DNA from: a virus
Reading direction: 5' to 3' (one strand)
Length of the DNA stretch: 64,000 nt
Virus record (IMG/VR): IMGVR_UViG_3300007162_000005
The notes under the pieces were generated by a model. That model was not told the DNA's origin. It did no database searches and saw only the letters and a list, made by a program, of their open reading frames with translations. Below are positions 56,808 to 64,000 of the stretch, piece by piece (the stretch's first letter is position 1; every line of letters starts with the position of its first letter). The translations under genes were made by a program, and so were the position numbers.

Positions 56808-56835
56808 AATGGTTTCTCCTTATTATACAATTTTT

Positions 56836-57342
56836 TTATAACTGATTCGTAATCTTCATTGTCCAAGTAATCAATATATTTGATTTACCATCAGATTCAA
56901 TGGGTTCATCTAATAGGAAATAAGCGATATGATTACTCCAACTTGTTGAGTTTTGGCTATACAATCTTACCACATTTATCTCCTCACCTGCAGAAACAGA
57001 TGAAAAGGGTATTAAAAATTTAAATATAGCACTAGCATGTGTGTCACCTTCTGCTGAATTAGTTTCTATAGAAACGTTAGAGTAAGGTATAGCGTTTGTT
57101 GAAACTTGTTCTGCTACGGCATCTGTAGCACCATTTCCTAACATAACATACCTTGGTGCACCACCAGCATCAAAGCTTCCTATTAAAGCACTAGCCAAGA
57201 AAGAGAATAATGGTAACTTACCTTCGTTATGTGTTTTAATCGTTTTAATGGTTTTTTTGCCACGAACCAACTTAATTTCAACATTACCGATATATCCTAC
57301 CGATGCATTTGTTTGTTGTTGTTTTTCTTTTGTTTTTGCCAT
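56836..57342 (-). CDS. Putative baseplate/tail structural protein
   Basis: Beta-rich; in the baseplate operon. Confidence 0.55.
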   Translation of the reverse strand: MAKTKEKQQQTNASVGYIGNVEIKLVRGKKTIKTIKTHNEGKLPLFSFLASALIGSFDAGGAPRYVMLGNGATDAVAEQVSTNAIPYSNVSIETNSAEGDTHASAIFKFLIPFSSVSAGEEINVVRLYSQNSTSWSNHIAYFLLDEPIESDGKSNILITWTMKITNQL

Positions 57343-57356
57343 AATTTTATCCTTCC

Positions 57357-58037
57357 TTAAATACTTGGCCAGACAATAACCGTATTATCTGTAACACCTT
57401 TAGTTGCATTATTTAGCTCATCTGTATCAAGGGTAACTAGTCCAGGTGTCACTGTTCCTAGTTGTGTGCTTGTATAGTTCGGGCTAGTAGCTATTGTATC
57501 AACTGATACAGCATCAGCACCAACTGTTTGACCTTCAATACTAGCAATAATGATTGAGTAATTAAATCCTGCTGGTAATACGTAATCTAACATATCTTCT
57601 AATAAAGCAATATCTTTTACTTCTTTAGGTATATAGATAAGTACATCTCTGTTGTAAATTGTACCTTCACTTGACACAGATGTAGAAGAGTCAACCAATA
57701 CTTCAAACTCTTCATTTATGTTTTGTGCTTTTAGTAATACTCTAACACAGTCTTCTATTGATTTTTTAGTACCTTTAATTCTAAGAATACTTTTAAATGA
57801 GTTAACAAGTGCCACTAAATTAGGAACGTCATACTTGTGCTTAGATTCAAATCCTACAGTTTTAGTAACTAAATCTAAAAGGGAAGAATCAAAGTTACTG
57901 GATAAAGGTGTATTAACAATGGTGTCTGTTGCTGTTTTAGAAGCATTGAAAACACCTTCAAAAATTCTTCCAATCAATTGAAAGTCTCTTGATTCGTTGT
58001 AGTAATATTCAGGTACATTATTCTGTGTTTTAATCAT
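57357..58037 (-). CDS. Baseplate wedge protein (P2 gpI-like position)
   Basis: LRIKGTKKSIE, VLPAG motifs; follows the large wedge gene. Confidence 0.6.
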   Translation of the reverse strand: MIKTQNNVPEYYYNESRDFQLIGRIFEGVFNASKTATDTIVNTPLSSNFDSSLLDLVTKTVGFESKHKYDVPNLVALVNSFKSILRIKGTKKSIEDCVRVLLKAQNINEEFEVLVDSSTSVSSEGTIYNRDVLIYIPKEVKDIALLEDMLDYVLPAGFNYSIIIASIEGQTVGADAVSVDTIATSPNYTSTQLGTVTPGLVTLDTDELNNATKGVTDNTVIVWPSI

Positions 58038-58040
58038 AAA

Positions 58041-61000
58041 TTATATCCTTGATGTTCTCACAATTTCAATGCTAGAACCTTCAAAATCTATTTGACTTAA
58101 TGTAAACCTATTAGCTAAGTTATTGTTGTCAAATAAAGCTCTGGGGTCTGAGATGTCATCAAATTCAATTAAAGAAAAGCTATCTAGTGTTCCATTATAG
58201 AAGAATACTCCGTTTTCGTCTAGGGTAGCTATTTTTTCAAGAATACCGTTAGAATCTTCTACATCAGAAACAGTCAAGTTAAAGGATGAGTTATATCCCG
58301 ATGTTAATGAAACAGGACTTAATTGAAGTATGTCTGTTCCAGTTGATGGTTCAGAAATGCTTAAGGAAAGTTCAGATATTGTATTAAATTCAATAATATT
58401 AATTCCTGGTGTTAATGCTAAGGTTGATGTATAAGATGTTCCAGAATTATATTTTCTTATACCACCTGTTCCTGTGGCATTTAAATCAACTGTTGTAGAA
58501 CCACTTAAGGAGTGGTCCCAATATATCATTAATAATTGAGTTGCACCATCTTCACTTACCCTTGCTCCAACATCAAAGTAAGATACAACGGGCAAGTCAA
58601 CAGTAGCAACATCTGAGGAATCAACTTCAAGATTTTGAAGATTAATTTGATAATATCCTGAAGGTCTCTTTTCAATATTTACAATCTTTCCGTCTGTTTC
58701 AGTATAGGTAGGAACCGTATAGTCAAATGTGAAAGCAGAAACATCATAAGAAGTTTGACCACTTAAGTAGGTAACTTGCATGTCTAAATCTTCACCACCT
58801 GCTTGTTGTAGTAAGGTATTAAACACAATGTAACTATTAATATTAACGTTACCGTCAAGAACTCTCACTATTTCACCACCTAAACCATCAGATAGTACTA
58901 GGGTTATAGTTTGATTTGTTAAAATCTTTTGTTTTAATTGTGGGCCAGAATTGAGGTCCAATCTAGAACGAATCTCCCAAACATAGGTTGAACTATATGC
59001 CGGTAATATTTTAGTTTCACCATCTATTGTATAAGAAATTTCCCAATCATTAGATACTTGAATCCAATCATTAGTAATATCACTTAAAGTTGCTTCACTT
59101 GATGCTGTTGTTAGTTTAATGGTATCACCTGTAGATAGGGTTAATATTGACATTTCTTCTATCTTTAAGTTGTATATATCAGGATTAAAGTTTCTATATC
59201 TCCAGTTATAGTTTTCAAAAGCTGCTAGGCCTCTTTCACTAACTGTGGTAATTTCAACTTTTTCTTCTACATCTGAGAAGATAATCTTCCATTTATTTAA
59301 ATCTTCTGCAACAGTTGTGTTTAAGGTTAATCTTGTGCCACTTCCTAAAACTTCTAGTTCAGTTAAAGCACTATTAGAATACATAAAGAACTCATTTTCA
59401 CCTAAAACTCTTTGATATCCAACTAAAACTTCTTCACTTCCTTCGCCTTCATAGATAGCGTCTGCAGATGTGAATAAAGCATTTTCACTATCTTTGGTAA
59501 TCCAGTAGCAAGGTAAGGAGCTTGAAGTTAATGTTGTTTCAACAAAACGTCTCTTTTCAATAGATTCTTCAGTTCCAAGAGTGTAAAAATCTAATTCATC
59601 CACACCAAATTTAATCTTTTTAGTTGTAACAATTCCTGAAATAGAGTAGTCTGTAGGGACAGATAATGTCAAACCAACAGGTCTAAAAATATTCACAGTT
59701 GCAGGAACGGTTGAAACTAAAACAGATGTATAGTATTCTTCACCGGATTCTCTTTCTTTAGATATCTTATAGGTAATTACACTGTCAGATGTATATTTAA
59801 TTGCAATGCTATTACTATTGCTATCAACATAGTTTACAATAAGGTATTCATCACCTGTGATAATATGCTCTTCGTTTTCAGGGACTGTAGAAGAAGGTGT
59901 TAAACCAGACCAGCGATAATTTACATAAGCAGGATAAATAACTTCAGTGGCTAGACTTGGGGCAATGGCTTGAACATATTCATTGTCTTTTAATGTATAA
60001 CCGTTTAAACTATTAAATTCTGATTCCGGAATAGTAACTTCTGTAGTTAATCTAATGATATTCTCATGGATAAAGTCTGAATCTACAGAACTTCCTTCAT
60101 CATTTAACAAAACAGCACTTTGACCAAATTCAAAGTTATAGTTATTGTTATAGTCAAATAAGGAGGCCCTTCCAGCAAGGATATTCTTTGTGAGTAGGTT
60201 TAAATATGGTTGCTTATTGGCAGGGTCAAGCAACAATGTTTCTGTCTTATCCTTTGTCATGACCTTAGTGTAGAGTTCAGGTTCTTCTAAAGAAACGTTT
60301 TTAATTCTTGTATCGGCACCTTGAATGGTTGTTAATAATGTGTCGAATGGTATTTCATAACCATAATCTAACTCTCTTGAATTAAATGTTCTGTATAAAG
60401 CATCATTAATGTTTGAAAGAATAGAGTTTTGTTCAAACGTGTTAACCCTATAGTTTGTAGAAATCTTAGCGTTTAACTTATAATAGTTTTTATATAAATA
60501 AACATCACTATCTAAAAGCGTTTTATAGTTGTGGGAAATGGTTTTAGCATCTTCAATACTTGCTTTTAACTCTGTTAAATCATTTAAAGGTAAGAAAGTG
60601 TTATTATAAGTGGTAAGATTATAGGAAGTTATAATAGGATTTAAAGGGTACAAGCATAAATCAAAAGGGGTAATGTCGGCACTATTCGAGGCATTAAGTT
60701 TAACTGGTCCAAATTGATTAAATGAAAGAATTTGATTTGAGTAGTTAATATCTGTTCTTCTGTCTGCCACTTGAACGTTAGAGACAATATTCTTACTGTC
60801 TGAGGTTAAAAGATTATAGATAGCGTTAGCATAATCACGACTGGTTACTAATGTGTCAAATGTTCCAACAAACTTCTTAAATGAGTTATATATTTCATTA
60901 ATTGATTCAGGGTCTTGACCATTAACAGAATCAGAGAGATTACTAATTCTTAATACAGTAGTTTCACTTTGATTTTCATTTGTATCTGGGTAAACTGTAA

Positions 61001-61859
61001 TAGAAGGATTACCATCAACAAAAATTTGTGAAGGAGAAGTCAATCTTGTTAAGAAACCTGCTTTGACGTTCCCACTAGAACCTGTTGTTCTAATATAATT
61101 AACAAATAATCCATCCCCTATAATACTTGAGATATCGGAAGGGAATTCCAAATAAGGAAGATTTTTTACAGAATCAAACCCAAACTTGTAAACTAATTGA
61201 CCTGGTTCTGAAGTGTTAAGATTATTAATTCTTGTCCAGAAGTTATTAGTATCGGTAATTCTTTGAACAAAAACACCGTTTTCAGCAACAAACGATTCTG
61301 GGAAATAGAGTCTATTGTTATCATCAAGGTTAGCAAGGTGTATTTCTTGAACGTTATTAACTGTTAAGGGTTGTAATTTACCTTCAATAGCAGAGGCTCT
61401 GACCGTAACAAATCTTGAGTTAATAATGCAATCCTCTAACAATGTATAGGTTATTGAGTTATCTACATCGGTTACAGTTGTTTCAAAAGCTTTTAAGGTA
61501 AAGGCTTGGCCAGTTCCTAACTTGTTGCCAGTATACATAAACGATATATCAGAGGTTGCTGATTGGTAGTATCTTGGGAAGTAACCATTTATTTCTGCTA
61601 AGTTTCTCATTGAACTGTCTTGGGTAGCAGAAGGCATAAAGGCTTCTAAAATGTTTTTATCAATGTTGTAGTTAAGTTTATCACCAATAAAACCTAAAAG
61701 CTTCAAAAGAACAACACCTGGGTCACTTTCGTTAGATGTTGATGGGTCCCACTTGGCAGATAGCTGTTTTGCTAACTCCAATATTTCAGGGTAAAGCTTT
61801 TGAAAATCCTTATTTACGTAGGACTTATTGCTAATATTTAATTCTTCTTGGTTAATCAT
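58041..61859 (-). CDS. Large baseplate wedge protein (gp6/J-like)
   Basis: SDPGVVLL, GQDPESINEI...LVTSRDY. Confidence 0.75.
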   Translation of the reverse strand: MINQEELNISNKSYVNKDFQKLYPEILELAKQLSAKWDPSTSNESDPGVVLLKLLGFIGDKLNYNIDKNILEAFMPSATQDSSMRNLAEINGYFPRYYQSATSDISFMYTGNKLGTGQAFTLKAFETTVTDVDNSITYTLLEDCIINSRFVTVRASAIEGKLQPLTVNNVQEIHLANLDDNNRLYFPESFVAENGVFVQRITDTNNFWTRINNLNTSEPGQLVYKFGFDSVKNLPYLEFPSDISSIIGDGLFVNYIRTTGSSGNVKAGFLTRLTSPSQIFVDGNPSITVYPDTNENQSETTVLRISNLSDSVNGQDPESINEIYNSFKKFVGTFDTLVTSRDYANAIYNLLTSDSKNIVSNVQVADRRTDINYSNQILSFNQFGPVKLNASNSADITPFDLCLYPLNPIITSYNLTTYNNTFLPLNDLTELKASIEDAKTISHNYKTLLDSDVYLYKNYYKLNAKISTNYRVNTFEQNSILSNINDALYRTFNSRELDYGYEIPFDTLLTTIQGADTRIKNVSLEEPELYTKVMTKDKTETLLLDPANKQPYLNLLTKNILAGRASLFDYNNNYNFEFGQSAVLLNDEGSSVDSDFIHENIIRLTTEVTIPESEFNSLNGYTLKDNEYVQAIAPSLATEVIYPAYVNYRWSGLTPSSTVPENEEHIITGDEYLIVNYVDSNSNSIAIKYTSDSVITYKISKERESGEEYYTSVLVSTVPATVNIFRPVGLTLSVPTDYSISGIVTTKKIKFGVDELDFYTLGTEESIEKRRFVETTLTSSSLPCYWITKDSENALFTSADAIYEGEGSEEVLVGYQRVLGENEFFMYSNSALTELEVLGSGTRLTLNTTVAEDLNKWKIIFSDVEEKVEITTVSERGLAAFENYNWRYRNFNPDIYNLKIEEMSILTLSTGDTIKLTTASSEATLSDITNDWIQVSNDWEISYTIDGETKILPAYSSTYVWEIRSRLDLNSGPQLKQKILTNQTITLVLSDGLGGEIVRVLDGNVNINSYIVFNTLLQQAGGEDLDMQVTYLSGQTSYDVSAFTFDYTVPTYTETDGKIVNIEKRPSGYYQINLQNLEVDSSDVATVDLPVVSYFDVGARVSEDGATQLLMIYWDHSLSGSTTVDLNATGTGGIRKYNSGTSYTSTLALTPGINIIEFNTISELSLSISEPSTGTDILQLSPVSLTSGYNSSFNLTVSDVEDSNGILEKIATLDENGVFFYNGTLDSFSLIEFDDISDPRALFDNNNLANRFTLSQIDFEGSSIEIVRTSRI

Positions 61860-61861
61860 GT

Positions 61862-62248
61862 TTATTGCTCCTCGTTATTAAACAACACCAGATTGAAGGT
61901 ATTTGTTGTGAAATCTAAGCGATTTGTAACTTTTATCGTTGCTTCTAACTTTGCCCTTTTTCCTGTTCCTGTTTGTGTAATAATGATATCCTTTCTATTA
62001 ATAATGACTTGAGGTACAAATATTGATATTTGAGTATAAAGCTCATCTATAATGATATCCCTCAAAACAAAGTTATTTTGTTCAAAAATGTATCTTTTTA
62101 TGGCAACACCAAACTGCGGGTCACCAACAAACTCAGTTCTTTCTGAACCTAACAATGCTAACAAATTTTGCATTGTAGACTGTGAGTCAGTCTTTGTGAC
62201 ATTGGTGGAGCTTGAGTTAAACATTTTTGGGAATTGTATACTTATCAT
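61862..62248 (-). CDS. gp25/GPW-like baseplate protein
   Basis: LL.SERTE..GDPQFGV.IKRYIFEQN. Confidence 0.8.
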   Translation of the reverse strand: MISIQFPKMFNSSSTNVTKTDSQSTMQNLLALLGSERTEFVGDPQFGVAIKRYIFEQNNFVLRDIIIDELYTQISIFVPQVIINRKDIIITQTGTGKRAKLEATIKVTNRLDFTTNTFNLVLFNNEEQ

Positions 62249-62283
62249 GTGTTTTTCCTTATATCCTTATATTTCATATCATC

Positions 62284-62292
62284 TAATTTAGC
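62284..62292 (-). promoter_or_regulatory. GCTAAATTA motif, putative late promoter of the baseplate operon
   Basis: Exact 9-mer upstream of the gp25-like gene. Confidence 0.6.
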
Positions 62293-62314
62293 GTTAATAA
62301 ACACCGCCTAAACA

Positions 62315-62932
62315 TTAAACTACCCCTTCTTCTTTCAATTTATTTAACATATTTTTCCAGTATGCTATGTCCTCTTCGGTCATTTGTTGATTTGACCACC
62401 TTGTCATCTTCTCTTTATCTTCGTTTGTAATTACATATTGTTGATTTTCTAGGAACTTTAAAGTCAAGTAATGCCACCATATGTTCTTAAAGGTTGACCT
62501 ATAAGGATTAAATAAAGCATTTTCTAAATATCTCACTATGGCTCTTTTTTGTTGATTTTCGTAGTTTTTTATGTTATAATTAAATTGAAAGTCACCATAA
62601 ACTGTATCATTTATATAAAAACTTACATTAAACATATTGGTTGGTGATGGTCTACTGTGAATAAGGATTTCTTTATATACCTCAATATCAACAATAAAAA
62701 AATCATATGGTTTAGTATCAAGAACTATATGGGTAAACCTTTGTCCTTGTTTAAAGTTCTTTACTAAAACAAGATAGTCTATATCTTTAGGATTTTCCTT
62801 AAATAAAGATGACCCTGTAATAGATATTCTAACAATATCGTCAATAGTATTATTAAAAGATACTAAATCATTAGAATCTTTCTGATTTATGCTATTTATA
62901 ACGTCAAATGTTACGTTTAATATATTTTCCAT
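62315..62932 (-). CDS. Pol-beta-superfamily nucleotidyltransferase-like protein
   Basis: ITGSSL....KDIDYLVLV...YDFF (GS plus DxD plus D). Confidence 0.6.
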   Translation of the reverse strand: MENILNVTFDVINSINQKDSNDLVSFNNTIDDIVRISITGSSLFKENPKDIDYLVLVKNFKQGQRFTHIVLDTKPYDFFIVDIEVYKEILIHSRPSPTNMFNVSFYINDTVYGDFQFNYNIKNYENQQKRAIVRYLENALFNPYRSTFKNIWWHYLTLKFLENQQYVITNEDKEKMTRWSNQQMTEEDIAYWKNMLNKLKEEGVV

Positions 62933-62943
62933 AAGTATTTTCC

Positions 62944-64000
62944 TTACAATAGATATTCAATGTGTATTGTCGTATATACAGTAGAGCTTTGGTCACCTGT
63001 GCTATATATCTCTAAAAAATAAGGGACTAAAGGGCCCTCTATAAGAAGGTCAGAGTAACCGGAGTTAGAGTAATATATTCTTCCATTAAACCAATACATA
63101 CCATCTGTTTCTGGAAAGTTCATTCTTTCTAGTACAATTAAAGATTTATCGCCAGATGAAAAAGGTGAAAATAAAACTGGATTTCCTGCTGAAACAGACC
63201 TGGTACCTGTCCAATTAAGTATAGCGGAAGTTGACCTATATCTTTGTCTTTGTATATTAACACCACTTGTGCTTTTGTGTCTTATATTAAAACCTTCACT
63301 TACAGCATCTACTGTTATTCTAACTTCTTTTGAACTTAATACTGTTGCCCATCCTGGAATAGTGCTCAAATCTAAAAGGAACGGTTCCTCATAAAGTACA
63401 GAGTAAAAAGTATTCCAATTACCAAGATTACCTGAACCATTAGTCTGAGAAGAATAAAATAAAGCTGAAGAAGTTGTTCCACTTACAGTTAAGTTTCCAG
63501 AAATATTTCCCCCTGTTAATCTTAAGTATCTAGTATCATGAGTATGGTCATCAAGCTTATCAAGTGCTTTTTGAACTGTATTATCAGCTGAAGATAAAAT
63601 ACTATTAAAATTAGAGGTGTTTGTAAGAACATTTAACGCTTTTGGGGTTGGTATTGTCGATAAAGGAATAGGGAACAGTGTTCTTACAGGGCTTGTTCCA
63701 CCAAATTGAAAATCATAATTAGAACCAACATTGCCTGTAAGTTCAGCATAGTATTTAATAACAACTCTATCTGTGCTTAAAAATAAAACATCATTTAAAA
63801 GTGCATCAGCACTAAACTCCTCATAAATGTTTGATATAATAACATCGGGGGTGGCACTAGAAGTTGCTAATAGTGTTTCTGTTCCTAAAGCATCTCTTTT
63901 AAATATTTGAAAATAAAATGCTGCGTATTGATTGTTATTACCGGCAGTTCTTTTTATATTACCGATTGTTCTTATATTAATAGTTCCTGTAAAACCACTT
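62944..64000 (-). CDS. Tail fibre protein, C-terminal part (5' end beyond the window)
   Basis: Frame open from the window end: ...VQKALDKLDDHTHDTRYLRLTGGNISG... joins the ORF-track 62944..63369. Confidence 0.8.
   Translation of the reverse strand, partial: SGFTGTINIRTIGNIKRTAGNNNQYAAFYFQIFKRDALGTETLLATSSATPDVIISNIYEEFSADALLNDVLFLSTDRVVIKYYAELTGNVGSNYDFQFGGTSPVRTLFPIPLSTIPTPKALNVLTNTSNFNSILSSADNTVQKALDKLDDHTHDTRYLRLTGGNISGNLTVSGTTSSALFYSSQTNGSGNLGNWNTFYSVLYEEPFLLDLSTIPGWATVLSSKEVRITVDAVSEGFNIRHKSTSGVNIQRQRYRSTSAILNWTGTRSVSAGNPVLFSPFSSGDKSLIVLERMNFPETDGMYWFNGRIYYSNSGYSDLLIEGPLVPYFLEIYSTGDQSSTVYTTIHIEYLL

Noticed and set aside
61-62291. Plus-strand ORFs of the track and short nested minus-strand ORFs (e.g. 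2162..2353, 12773..12967, 33561..33785)
   Set aside because: Shadows of longer genes with clear function; no SD and atypical composition.
1-64000. CRISPR array, DGR, retron or rRNA
   Set aside because: No regularly spaced repeats, no reverse transcriptase ORF, no template/variable repeat pair and no rRNA sequence seen.

Overview
64-kb segment of a large, AT-rich tailed-phage (myovirus-like) genome. Essentially every credible gene is on the minus strand. The genetic code is standard (TGA is used as a stop, e.g. ATGA overlaps). From high to low coordinates (direction of transcription): tail-fibre/baseplate genes; thioredoxin, class Ia RNR (NrdB with an N-terminal ATP cone) and a SNF2 helicase; a structured RNA leader; a tRNA cluster; a replication/recombination block (DnaC-like loader, DnaB, DnaG, gp32-like SSB, split family-A polymerase with a GIY-YIG endonuclease, beta clamp, RecU, RecA, tmRNA plus tRNA-Glu, DnaX/HolB/HolA-like clamp loader, DenV-like glycosylase, SbcCD, TopA, RecB-like nuclease); small early genes; a second structured RNA; and two large multidomain, probably virion-packaged proteins. 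The host is inferred only: a low-GC, code-11 Bacillota/Mollicutes-like bacterium. Top finding: the polymerase-domain gene is broken inside catalytic motif A by an 8-nt insert (TCG-TGAGT-TCG). The insert has identical codons on both sides and a stop directly after the first, and it lies next to a GIY-YIG endonuclease whose promoter carries an inverted copy of the uninterrupted site. This is a candidate homing-endonuclease plus ribosomal-bypass (or RNA-excision) cassette. All protein family calls come from motif recognition by eye, not database searches.
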